Positions 48,854 through 57,409 of a DNA stretch of 64,000 nt are shown here, in pieces. Position numbers and translations under genes: made by a program. Under the pieces are notes generated by a model. It searched no databases and had not been told where the DNA came from. It was given only the letters and a program-made list of their open reading frames with translations. The DNA comes from a virus: IMG/VR virus record IMGVR_UViG_3300025141_016386, positions 4,075 through 68,074 of that record; one strand, written 5' to 3'. Numbering within the stretch: the stretch's first letter is position 1; every line of letters starts with the position of its first letter.

Positions 48854-50115
48854 TTTGTAATCTCCGTGAATGCCCAAGGCTTATATCCCTTTCGTGTTTC
48901 CCAAGAGCCGTGGTCTTCTACGACCGAATCGATCAGATCGATCCACTGCTTTTGGAAGTTTTCAAAATTGTAATTTTTTGCGACGTGTTGTCGACCTTTC
49001 ATGCCTAAAAGCTTCCTTTCTTCGGGGCTCATCGAAAAAACGTCTCTCAGAGCCTGTATAAAGTCTTCCTTGGAAACCCTATCCTCATAGATGTATGGAA
49101 CCTGTTGAGAGCCTATGATGGCCTTTGAGGCCGGCGTGAGGCCTATTCCAAACCATTGTTCCCCGTCTGTGACTTGTTCCTGCAATCCACCCGTCATATT
49201 GACGATAATTGGGGTTTGACAAGAAAGACTTTCAAGTGTTGCCAATCCAAATCCCTCTGCATCTGAAATATTGATGGTGCAATCTGCCATATTATACACT
49301 GATGCAAGAGCTTGTGCTGCAATTTTATTTGTCGAAAGAATTACGCGGCCGTCAGTGGCCCCAAGATTATTTAGAATGGCCTCTAAGTCTTGTCCGTTTG
49401 GATCTTTGGGGTCTGTATGCATGATAAGTCGTACTTTTTCTGGTCCAACTTCTTCGGCGAACTCATTAAACCAATGGATTAGTGAGCCGCTCATCTTCCG
49501 GCGTGCATTCCTGTTGTTCCAGAAGAAGATTACCCGGTTATCTGTGTCTCCATCTAAATGTTTTTCTCGCAGTGTTTTGATGTCCTCGTCTGAAAACGGA
49601 CGAAAAATACTGGTATCTACAGCATGTGGAACATAGTGATTCTCAACATGAGGAGAAACATTGTTGACAATATCGTGTGTAACTTTTGAGATTGATGCAA
49701 TAACATCTGTCGAACTATAAAATTTATTGTTGAACTTCGGAAGAGGATAATTGTCCCAAACATGATAATAAACCATAGGAATATGCTTTCTAATTTCATT
49801 CTCGATCATCCATAGCCACCCGTAAAATCGAGGATCCGTCATAAACCAAATCATGTCAGGGCGCTCGTTGAAGAGAGCAGATCGAACCATTTCTGGCGTT
49901 CCATATCCTTTCACAGGATATACAATCCAGTCTTCTTCCCATCCTTCTACCTTTTGAGGTTTATAATCTTTATGGGCAACTGCTCCACCAAGACATACAA
50001 CTTGATAGCGACCGGTCTTCAGCAATGTTTCAATAATATACTTTGTTTGTGTGCCGACTCCCGATGGAGCCAGCGGGTGATCAGAGATCACCAAAATCTT
50101 CTTTTTTTCTGTCAT
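48850..50115 (-). CDS. GT4-family glycosyltransferase
   Basis: SDHPLAPSGVG, NRNARRK, AEGFGLATLESLSC. Confidence 0.88.
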   Translation of the reverse strand: MTEKKKILVISDHPLAPSGVGTQTKYIIETLLKTGRYQVVCLGGAVAHKDYKPQKVEGWEEDWIVYPVKGYGTPEMVRSALFNERPDMIWFMTDPRFYGWLWMIENEIRKHIPMVYYHVWDNYPLPKFNNKFYSSTDVIASISKVTHDIVNNVSPHVENHYVPHAVDTSIFRPFSDEDIKTLREKHLDGDTDNRVIFFWNNRNARRKMSGSLIHWFNEFAEEVGPEKVRLIMHTDPKDPNGQDLEAILNNLGATDGRVILSTNKIAAQALASVYNMADCTINISDAEGFGLATLESLSCQTPIIVNMTGGLQEQVTDGEQWFGIGLTPASKAIIGSQQVPYIYEDRVSKEDFIQALRDVFSMSPEERKLLGMKGRQHVAKNYNFENFQKQWIDLIDSVVEDHGSWETRKGYKPWAFTEITK

Positions 50116-50123
50116 TTAAACCT

Positions 50124-50885
50124 CTATGGACATTCCGGCGATCTACAAAATTCACACTTTGTACAAGACCGCTTATCCTTAATATAATTTTTCTTCTTAA
50201 TATTAAAAAGCGCCTTCTTTAAAAGATTTGTGGCGTTCTCTATTTTCTTGCTTCCACTTGTAACTCTAAAAATTTCTACCCTATCTTTTTTAGCTGTTCG
50301 CTTTAATAGCGCGAAATGTGTTTCAATGTCTTTCAAGTCAATTCCGCGCTTCTTTGCAAAGAAAACCTTGTATAATGTTAGTTGGTAAGTTACCATTGGA
50401 TCAGAACGGCGGCGCATATCCCAGCCCCACGAACAGGATTTCCAATCAATAATGTGGTATTTTCCATCCGAGGTCTTCACAACTGCATCGATATACCCCT
50501 TGAAATTATAATCCTCGGCCTCAATTGGTACCATCAATGGCTCTTCTGTTGAAATCACCTCATAGCCAGCTGGGAAGTATTCGGCGATCGCTGGCATAAT
50601 TTCTGGTAAGATTCCCATGGCTTGTGTCGCCATTTTTTCAGGATCTTCGCGGAAAACAATGTCGTTGTCGAGTTCCGATAAACATTCTTCAAACCTTTTA
50701 ACAAAGAATTCTTGAGCTTCGAATGTTTCATTTAACATCTTCTTCTCGGCGACGTCATGAATTGCCGTCCCAAAGGCAGTATATTCATTTCCCCTAAATC
50801 CTTTTAATTTATCAATATAAGTTAATTTGTGATAAAAAGGACAGAAATTCCAATTTTTTAATTCCGAAAACGAAATGTGTGACAA
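50124..50885 (-). CDS. PD-(D/E)XK exonuclease (RecB/Cas4-like) with probable Fe-S cysteines
   Basis: FCP, FGTAIH, GYIDAV, IIDWKS, QLTLY, CTKCEFC; TTG start with GAGGA SD. Confidence 0.85.
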   Translation of the reverse strand: MSHISFSELKNWNFCPFYHKLTYIDKLKGFRGNEYTAFGTAIHDVAEKKMLNETFEAQEFFVKRFEECLSELDNDIVFREDPEKMATQAMGILPEIMPAIAEYFPAGYEVISTEEPLMVPIEAEDYNFKGYIDAVVKTSDGKYHIIDWKSCSWGWDMRRRSDPMVTYQLTLYKVFFAKKRGIDLKDIETHFALLKRTAKKDRVEIFRVTSGSKKIENATNLLKKALFNIKKKNYIKDKRSCTKCEFCRSPECP

Positions 50886-50922
50886 ATTATTCCTCAGTCA
50901 AGTATTCTTTCTACTATTATTT

Positions 50923-50951
50923 AATATAACAACTTTAGGGAGCTTTGTCAA
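50923..50951 (-). promoter_or_regulatory. sigma70-type promoter upstream of the nuclease and glycosylation cluster
   Basis: TTGACA-17 nt-TATATT. Confidence 0.75.
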
Positions 50952-51267
50952 GTACTTTTTTTCTTTTTCTTGATCTTGTTGATTTTGAAGGTAGGCGCCT
51001 ATTGGTGCTTGCTGGCTTTTTGGCCTCTTTAATTGGAATATATTTTTGGAATACCCATTGACCAGATAAAATCGGGGGTGCACAGTTATTTGTTAGAAAT
51101 GGGGGGCCCGCTAACAATCTCTCAACTTTTATATTTTTTTCAGAGATAATTTTTTCCACATCAGATAAAATCACTTTTTGTTTTATAGGGTGATTTTTAC
51201 CATGATATTTCTTAATCTCGATATTAACATAAATTTTTTCTTTATCTTCTTTCACTTCAACTTTCAT
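50935..51267 (-). CDS. basic hypothetical protein
   Basis: 110-aa ORF overlapping the upstream stop; Lys-rich C-terminus. Confidence 0.55.
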   Translation of the reverse strand: MKVEVKEDKEKIYVNIEIKKYHGKNHPIKQKVILSDVEKIISEKNIKVERLLAGPPFLTNNCAPPILSGQWVFQKYIPIKEAKKPASTNRRLPSKSTRSRKRKKVLDKAP

Positions 51268-51955
51268 AATCGTGTAATTCCTCTAATTTCTTATAAAGTT
51301 GTGGACATATTTTAGCCAAATATTGTCTATCATCTAAGAAATAGTATTCAAATCCATTTGCAAAATATTCTCTTAAAGAAGTTGCAGAATAGGCTGATGT
51401 GAATAAGCCATAAGAAGAGCAGATAAAATTTAATCTATCATAGCCCACATCTTCGTAAAGATACATATCTAATTTTTTGGTATATTCTGGATTTCTAAAC
51501 AATTTCTTATTTGGCTTTAGATCTTCAGCTTCTAGGATCTCGTAAAGCTTCGCCCTCTTCATCAAGAATTCCTGCTCTACTTTACCATTGCCATAAATTA
51601 AATACCCGTATGGAGATTCTAAAGAGTGGGCGATTTCATGAATAATATCATCCATCATATCCTGTTCGTCATCTTGATCATTACTTAAATAAATGGCGCC
51701 ATCTTTAAACATGGCGTTTATTTCCATTTCTTCAAACTCATCAAATATACCAACAAAAATGGAATCAATTTCAGAAACTAGGTGTGAAGGGATAGCATTG
51801 CTAATTTTTTCCATAACAGCCCTGACGTCGACTTCGCGGGTGAGGGGATCTTTTATATAGAGATTAATGTTTTCGCTCAAATGAAATTCCCTCCGTTGAC
51901 TCTCCGACCTCTTTATTGACTCTTGTAAGTAGTCTGTATTGTATTTATTTGTCAT
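51257..51955 (-). CDS. zincin-like metallopeptidase (HExxH)
   Basis: IIHEIAHSLE, with downstream YSATSLREYFANGF as the third-ligand helix. Confidence 0.65.
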   Translation of the reverse strand: MTNKYNTDYLQESIKRSESQRREFHLSENINLYIKDPLTREVDVRAVMEKISNAIPSHLVSEIDSIFVGIFDEFEEMEINAMFKDGAIYLSNDQDDEQDMMDDIIHEIAHSLESPYGYLIYGNGKVEQEFLMKRAKLYEILEAEDLKPNKKLFRNPEYTKKLDMYLYEDVGYDRLNFICSSYGLFTSAYSATSLREYFANGFEYYFLDDRQYLAKICPQLYKKLEELHDYES

Positions 51956-52211
51956 CTTTGGGGGTTCCTGGGACTACAACAGATCGGGAACCAGTGTCCT
52001 CAAGACCCTGTGTATAACCTCTAATAAAATTCTCCTCGGCTAGAGCCAGGACAATATCCGGAAAATCTTGGGCTAAAACTGAAATTACCATTTCAATATT
52101 AATTTGGCCGTTTGGGGGATTTATTTTTTCCCCAACATAATTTACAATGAATGTTTTCAATTCACTATCTGACTCTACTTCCTTCTCCAGCAGTTCTCTT
52201 TCATTAACCAT
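51945..52211 (-). CDS. hypothetical protein
   Basis: The track start (52250) lies inside a promoter; ATG 52211 has an AAGGAG SD. Confidence 0.6.
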   Translation of the reverse strand: MVNERELLEKEVESDSELKTFIVNYVGEKINPPNGQINIEMVISVLAQDFPDIVLALAEENFIRGYTQGLEDTGSRSVVVPGTPKDDK

Positions 52212-52238
52212 TTTATAAACTATCTCCTTGTTGTTATA

Positions 52239-52267
52239 ATTATAACCCATTCTACCGACGTTGTCAA
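52239..52267 (-). promoter_or_regulatory. sigma70 consensus promoter
   Basis: TTGACA-17 nt-TATAAT, perfect consensus. Confidence 0.85.
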
Positions 52268-52276
52268 GAAAAAAGA

Positions 52277-53620
52277 TTATAAAATCTTCGAGGCCAGTGT
52301 CGCGATTGCAGAACGTTCGCCCTTTTTAAGGGTTATGTGGCCTGCTAATTCTGACGTTTTGAATTTTTCTACGGCATGAACAAGACCTGTGGATGTCTCA
52401 TCAACATAAATATTGTCAATTTGCTCCACATCCCCGGTTAGAACTATTTTCGTGCCCTCCCCAACGCGCGTCATAATTGTTTTAATTTCGTGCGAAGACA
52501 GGTTTTGGGCCTCGTCGATAATAATGTAGGCGTTAGAAATTGACCTTCCTCGAATATAAGTTAGAGCCTCTATTTCGATAGTTCCCCTTTCGGCGTATTC
52601 TTCAATGGTTAATTTATCACTACCCATTATAAATTGTAAATTATCTTGAATTGGCATTAACCATGGATGCATTTTTTCTTGTAAGGTTCCGGGTAAAAAT
52701 CCAATATCTTTTCCCATTGGTTGGACCGGTCTTGAAATTACTAGTTTTTTATAAGGACTTTCTCCGGTGGTTTCGAAGGGGTCGCGAATTACTTGGGAAA
52801 TACCAGCAGCGATTGCCAGAAGAGTTTTACCACTTCCAGCTTTGCCAACAAGGCTTACAAAAGGGATCTTTGGATCCAACAGCAGGTCAAATGCGAATGC
52901 TTGCTCTTTATTTCGGTGTCGAACACCCCAGAGGCCCTTTTTGTCAATTGTATATAACATTTTCAGTGGATGTCTTGGGCCCACAAAGCGCGTCAATGCT
53001 GACTTTTTTTCATTTGAAGAAGAAACCAACATAACTAATTGATTTGGAAACAGCGTCTCGGCGACATCCAAACATTCAGTAAAAATGTCCTCCCCCAGAT
53101 AAAATCGATCGATTATTTCATCATCGACCAAAATTGATGCGGAGCCATCATAAAGACTGGAATTATCATCCAAAACCTTATCTGAAGTATAGTCTTCTGA
53201 TTTTATTTTTAAAGAATCACAAATAACCCTCATATTGATATCTCTAGATACCATGATAACTTCCATATCGGGGTTGTTAATTGTAGCCAACAAGGCTGTT
53301 GAAATTATGATGTGATCCGCGACATCACTGACTAAGTCCTCTGGCAACAAATTCTTGTCTCCGGAAGACACCCTCAACGTGGCCAAATTTGTCTCGGATA
53401 ATCTAACCCCTTCCTGAAGGTTTCCTCGATCTCTCAATGTATCGAAAATCTTTATGATTTTTCTGGCTGTGAGACCGACAGCATCTTGTCTTTTTTTGTG
53501 ATTATCAATCTCTTCCAAGACTTTCAGGGGAATGATAATATTGTTGTCTTCAAATTTATATAAACAGGAAGATTCTGTTAGGCAAACGCTTGTATCTAAT
53601 ACATATATTTTGTTGCTCAT
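52277..53620 (-). CDS. phoH: PIN-PhoH (PhoH2-type) ATPase
   Basis: PIN motifs YVLDTSV, VLEEID, ADHII, SRDINMR; PhoH motifs GKAGSGKT, GFLPG, RGRS, IIDEAQN, GDVEQID. Confidence 0.92.
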   Translation of the reverse strand: MSNKIYVLDTSVCLTESSCLYKFEDNNIIIPLKVLEEIDNHKKRQDAVGLTARKIIKIFDTLRDRGNLQEGVRLSETNLATLRVSSGDKNLLPEDLVSDVADHIIISTALLATINNPDMEVIMVSRDINMRVICDSLKIKSEDYTSDKVLDDNSSLYDGSASILVDDEIIDRFYLGEDIFTECLDVAETLFPNQLVMLVSSSNEKKSALTRFVGPRHPLKMLYTIDKKGLWGVRHRNKEQAFAFDLLLDPKIPFVSLVGKAGSGKTLLAIAAGISQVIRDPFETTGESPYKKLVISRPVQPMGKDIGFLPGTLQEKMHPWLMPIQDNLQFIMGSDKLTIEEYAERGTIEIEALTYIRGRSISNAYIIIDEAQNLSSHEIKTIMTRVGEGTKIVLTGDVEQIDNIYVDETSTGLVHAVEKFKTSELAGHITLKKGERSAIATLASKIL

Positions 53621-53669
53621 CTGATTATAACTAGTTTGTTCTTGCACTTAATTTGCGCCTTTTCGTTTA

Positions 53670-53945
53670 TTAATCAATTACTTTTTTATCAACCCAGACA
53701 ATCGTTTTGCTTGTTGGGGGTCCGTATAAATCTTTGATTTTGTCGATTTCAACCTCAACAGCCACCAGGTTGTCGTGGCCGCAAACCCATGTTTTAAGCC
53801 TTGGATCTTCGATATCTTTAGAAACTTCCGTCATTCCACCCAAACTAAAAATCGGATACCAAAAACCATTATGGCCCTGAGTAGAAACGAAACAGGTGGT
53901 ACCGGCTTTTATTATCTTACTTCCTATTTTTAAGTCTGGCTCCAA
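53670..53945 (-). CDS. hypothetical protein
   Basis: TTG start with GAGG SD, in operon orientation. Confidence 0.5.
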   Translation of the reverse strand: MEPDLKIGSKIIKAGTTCFVSTQGHNGFWYPIFSLGGMTEVSKDIEDPRLKTWVCGHDNLVAVEVEIDKIKDLYGPPTSKTIVWVDKKVID

Positions 53946-54171
53946 AATATTCCTCTACTGCTGATTCGATTATTGTTGCGCACGGGCGGCGCTGGCCACG
54001 TTCTTTGTGATATTTTATTACAAAGTCATGAGGGATCACATACATAAGTCCAAACGGAGCCTCCATAATCCCTGGATCCATTGAGCATCTACCAACGCCA
54101 TTTTGTCCAGGCTTAATTATCTCATCTCCATCAATTATATTTTCTTTTACTACATACAAAAACCAGTTCAT
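53917..54171 (-). CDS. hypothetical protein
   Basis: 84-aa ORF in operon orientation. Confidence 0.5.
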   Translation of the reverse strand: MNWFLYVVKENIIDGDEIIKPGQNGVGRCSMDPGIMEAPFGLMYVIPHDFVIKYHKERGQRRPCATIIESAVEEYFGARLKNRK

Positions 54172-54179
54172 GTTAGTAA

Positions 54180-54335
54180 CTATTCGCTGGCTTTGTCATT
54201 TCGACTTTTTTTATGTAAAAAACCATTATATAAAAAATTTATTATGAGTGTGCCAGAGACCGCTGTCCAAAAACCAACATGTAGGATTAGTTTTTTTACT
54301 TTTTTTGTTGGTGATTTTTTCTCTCTAGTTTCCAC
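54180..54335 (-). CDS. possible small membrane protein (51 aa)
   Basis: Hand translation from GTG: METREKKSPTKKVKKLILHVGFWTAVSGTLIINFLYNG...; fills the gap between neighbours. Confidence 0.35.
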   Translation of the reverse strand: METREKKSPTKKVKKLILHVGFWTAVSGTLIINFLYNGFLHKKSRNDKASE

Positions 54336-54337
54336 TT

Positions 54338-54781
54338 CTAACCTATCTTATGGCCATCTCCGGGTGCGCTCGCTGCCACCACCAAATCCGATGAAGATTG
54401 GATTTTCTGACCGCCAATATTCCATAGCATCTTAATTCCTAATTCTTCACAAACGCGCTTTTCTGGGGTATTTGTCGAGGTCCTATCTCCCCCATTTGCA
54501 AAGTATGTTGGGCCAAATCGACGTAGGGCTTCGCAAACAGTGCCATCTTTGTCATCTACTGAAATAACATCTACAACTCCCTTGATGGCCATGAGGATTT
54601 CTTTTCTCTCGATGAAACCCATAAAATTATATCCCTTTTTTCGGTATAGCCAGTCATCGGAATTAGCCACAACAATAACATCTCCATGCTGCGCGGCCTC
54701 TCTAATCATTCTCACATGTCCGACGTGAATTGGATCAAATCCGCCAGAGACCATTACCGTATCATACGGTGTCTTACTCAT
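54338..54781 (-). CDS. HIGH-family cytidylyl/adenylyltransferase (TagD/RfaE-II-like)
   Basis: SGGFDPIHVGH, NSD, ERKEI, ANGGDR, KIQSSS. Confidence 0.85.
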   Translation of the reverse strand: MSKTPYDTVMVSGGFDPIHVGHVRMIREAAQHGDVIVVANSDDWLYRKKGYNFMGFIERKEILMAIKGVVDVISVDDKDGTVCEALRRFGPTYFANGGDRTSTNTPEKRVCEELGIKMLWNIGGQKIQSSSDLVVAASAPGDGHKIG

Positions 54782-54950
54782 TTAATTTTTCCTCCAAGCA
54801 TTGCTTAATTTTTAATGTTTTTTCCAGATCTGGGTTTCCATATGCCATAGTCATCATTGACCAGGAAACCACAGATGCGATTACTGATCCTACCAAGACC
54901 CCCAAACCAAAGGCCAAGTAGGATTTTATGAATTTCTTAAATAATTTCAT
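54774..54950 (-). CDS. small single-TM membrane protein (58 aa)
   Basis: Hand translation: MKLFKKFIKSYLAFGLGVLVGSVIASVVSWSMMTMAYGNPDLEKTLKIKQCLEEKLNE; overlaps both neighbours. Confidence 0.55.
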   Translation of the reverse strand: MKLFKKFIKSYLAFGLGVLVGSVIASVVSWSMMTMAYGNPDLEKTLKIKQCLEEKLNE

Positions 54951-55551
54951 CTACAAGGCCGTATTTAAGACATGTTTCTGCGTCCCACCACAAATCATGC
55001 TTTAATAATTTATCCAACTCTTTCTTTGGAATCTTAGTGTGATTTTCATAAATCGAAATAATCATCTGCATGAGCCTATCGTTATTTTCCATACTGTCTT
55101 TTTGTTCTTGGTATTTTCCCCACATGCCAGAGGATAACTGATGGATTAACATATAAGCATGCTTATTAATTTGCCTGTGGTTTGCTGTGACACTCATGAT
55201 TGTAGCAGCGGAAGCAGCACAGCCATCGATTACTGATACTGTTGGTACTTTACAATTGCGGATATAATCAACAGATGAAAACCCAGCAAACACAGACCCC
55301 CCATAAGAGTTAATATGGAGGAAGATCTTACGGGGATCTCCACCAGCTAGTTGGGCGCCATGGAGAAGATCATTTTCTAGACCTTTGAGGGCCAGATTTA
55401 ATTCAAGATTTTTAGCTCTAGAAACTTCAGAATAAAAATAAATTTTATTATGCTTCTTCTCAATTTTATTATTATCATCAGGCTTTGCATTTTCCAAATC
55501 AGAACCCGGGACGTGTGTTGGCAATGAAGCCCAGTAAATATCTCTTAGCAT
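54937..55551 (-). CDS. clpP: ClpP-family protease
   Basis: INSYGGSV, CAASAA (Ser), MLIHQ (His), HDLWWDAE..YGLVD (Asp). Confidence 0.88.
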   Translation of the reverse strand: MLRDIYWASLPTHVPGSDLENAKPDDNNKIEKKHNKIYFYSEVSRAKNLELNLALKGLENDLLHGAQLAGGDPRKIFLHINSYGGSVFAGFSSVDYIRNCKVPTVSVIDGCAASAATIMSVTANHRQINKHAYMLIHQLSSGMWGKYQEQKDSMENNDRLMQMIISIYENHTKIPKKELDKLLKHDLWWDAETCLKYGLVDEII

Positions 55552-55573
55552 TTTTTTCCTTTTCTTATTTAAG

Positions 55574-55649
55574 TGGCACCTCCGACACGATTCGAACGTG
55601 TAACCCTCGGCTTAGAAGGCCGATGCTCTATCCGTTGAGCTACGGAGGC
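55574..55649 (-). tRNA. tRNA-Arg(TCT)
   Basis: GCCTCCGTAGCTCAACGGATAGAGCATCGGCCTTCTAAGCCGAGGGTTACACGTTCGAATCGTGTCGGAGGTGCCA: full cloverleaf, encoded CCA. Confidence 0.95.
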
Positions 55650-56117
55650 TTAATCTTCTTCAATCTCCAGAACACCCAGGGGGTGATCTACTTCAATATC
55701 CCAACCGGCCAATTCAAAATCGGCCATTTCATAAATGTTTTTTGCCTTTGTTTCTAGAACAGCAGTGACCTCGGTATAACCCCTTTTATAGTCATAGCGC
55801 TCTGTTGATGTTTCAATCCAATCATAATCTCGCCAGTTTTCGGCGATTACTTCCTCGACGTACTGCTCAAATTCATTGCGGCCGCGTTCGTAATCATCAA
55901 GCAGACCTTCGGCCCTCATTTCTTGAAGAATATGATTGTTTCCAAGAGCCGGATTGATAACCATTTCACTCAAATAGTTGGTGATCAAAGTCCCTGCGAT
56001 GACTTCTTCTTCAAAGCCGTCATGACAATGAATGACGCTGCCGCCGTCTCGAAACGTTAGGCGAATTGTTGTATCATCTTTGACATTGGCAATTTTTAAT
56101 TTTTGAATTTTTGACAT
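55650..56117 (-). CDS. acidic hypothetical protein
   Basis: AAGGAG SD; lies between the two tRNAs. Confidence 0.65.
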   Translation of the reverse strand: MSKIQKLKIANVKDDTTIRLTFRDGGSVIHCHDGFEEEVIAGTLITNYLSEMVINPALGNNHILQEMRAEGLLDDYERGRNEFEQYVEEVIAENWRDYDWIETSTERYDYKRGYTEVTAVLETKAKNIYEMADFELAGWDIEVDHPLGVLEIEED

Positions 56118-56133
56118 TATTTTCTCCTTTTTT

Positions 56134-56210
56134 TGGTGGGCCCATCAGGACTTGAACCTGAGACAGTCCGGGTATGAGCCGGGTGCTCTGACCAACTGAG
56201 CTATAAGCCC
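56134..56210 (-). tRNA. tRNA with CAT anticodon (Ile2 or elongator Met)
   Basis: GGGCTTATAGCTCAGTTGGTCAGAGCACCCGGCTCATACCCGGACTGTCTCAGGTTCAAGTCCTGATGGGCCCACCA; G1-C72 is paired, so not an initiator. Confidence 0.92.
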
Positions 56211-56223
56211 CCTCTACAATATT

Positions 56224-56252
56224 AATATAACACTTTCTGAGGCTCATGTCAA
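56224..56252 (-). promoter_or_regulatory. sigma70-type promoter for the tRNA operon
   Basis: TTGACA-17 nt-TATATT, ending 14 nt before the tRNA. Confidence 0.8.
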
Positions 56253-56259
56253 GAGTTAT

Positions 56260-56925
56260 TTAACTTTGTTCCGAATAATTTCTCAATCTTACTACGCCAT
56301 TATCTATTTCGACATAAGTTGAATGAGAAACCCAATCTCCGGAGTTGACATATGTTTTTATGTTTTCATTCTCGTCAATCCAAATAACAGCCTCTGGAAT
56401 GTGAGTGTGGCCTACAATTAAAACGTCGACGTCGTTATTTAAATCGATTATATCCCACAATCTTTTTATTTTTCTTTTATTTATTTTTAAATTATTGAAC
56501 CAAGTGGAGACGTCTAAATTTAAATATCTTTCTAAGAAATCTTGAAAAACGGAAATTATTTTCATTACCGTCCTATAGTGTACAATTCCCCTCTCGTATC
56601 TATCACCGTGCTCTATTCTAAATTTTCTGCCTGCGGATTCAAACTCATATTGTGCCATGAAACGAATTCCAAACATCTCTTTATCAACAAATTGCGCAAG
56701 GGCCCGATCATGATTTCCTATAATATAAATTATTTCTTTTGAATAGTCAACTTTCTTAATTATTTCCATACAACCCTCTGTGAAGGTTGGTATTTTCAAA
56801 AATTCTATTATATCTCCGTTTAAAATGAGTTGATCATATTCTTCAGAATTTAAAAAATCAAAAAGTTCTCTTTCTCTGTAAAACTTCGATCCTATATGCG
56901 TATCTGAAATGATCAGTCTTTTCAA
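56260..56925 (-). CDS. calcineurin-like metallophosphoesterase (LpxH-like)
   Basis: SDTHIG, NGDII, GNHD, EHGD, GHTH, NSGDW. Confidence 0.88.
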   Translation of the reverse strand: MKRLIISDTHIGSKFYRERELFDFLNSEEYDQLILNGDIIEFLKIPTFTEGCMEIIKKVDYSKEIIYIIGNHDRALAQFVDKEMFGIRFMAQYEFESAGRKFRIEHGDRYERGIVHYRTVMKIISVFQDFLERYLNLDVSTWFNNLKINKRKIKRLWDIIDLNNDVDVLIVGHTHIPEAVIWIDENENIKTYVNSGDWVSHSTYVEIDNGVVRLRNYSEQS

Positions 56926-57191
56926 TACAGAATATCCTCCAAGTCTGGCTTGTAATCATGGCGATAAACAACCACTGTTCTCATTTTATTATAATTAGGT
57001 GGGAGATCTCCGCGAAGCATTTTTGCGTTCTTTTGGCCGCAAACCATAAATTCTATGTGTCGGCCGCCTCCGTCACTAGTAATTTTAATTTCAAGATTGG
57101 CTGACTTTGGAAGTCTAGTAGTATATTCTGAATATGCTAAATTAATAATCTCGTCCGGTGTCATCCCCTCTATCATGTCTTTATGTAGCAC
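56922..57191 (-). CDS. hypothetical protein
   Basis: 89-aa ORF overlapping the downstream start. Confidence 0.5.
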   Translation of the reverse strand: MLHKDMIEGMTPDEIINLAYSEYTTRLPKSANLEIKITSDGGGRHIEFMVCGQKNAKMLRGDLPPNYNKMRTVVVYRHDYKPDLEDILY

Positions 57192-57380
57192 TTTTTCTCT
57201 CTTTTGTTATTTTATTTTTAAAAAATGGGATAAAAAGGGATTGGTTTGCTCGCAGTGCCAATTTGCTATCCTCTCTTTAATTTAGGATTTAGAAGAAATG
57301 CCCCTTTTCCTTGGGATCGTGAGAGATATTGATCCCGTTTCGTTTGTTTATATTATAACGCCCTTTTTTCCCTTTCTTAT

Positions 57381-57409
57381 ATTATACTATTTTTCCTTTT
57401 CTTTGTCAA
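57381..57409 (-). promoter_or_regulatory. sigma70 consensus promoter
   Basis: TTGACA-17 nt-TATAAT, perfect consensus. Confidence 0.85.

Noticed and set aside
50124-50885. Cas4 as part of a CRISPR-Cas system
   Set aside because: No cas1/cas2 or array nearby; stand-alone PD-(D/E)XK nucleases are common in phages.
57240-57300. c-di-GMP-I riboswitch, tRNA or hammerhead identity for the structured region
   Set aside because: GCAAACC and CCTAAA fragments are in the wrong order for the riboswitch, and there is no T-arm/CCA and no CUGAnGA core.
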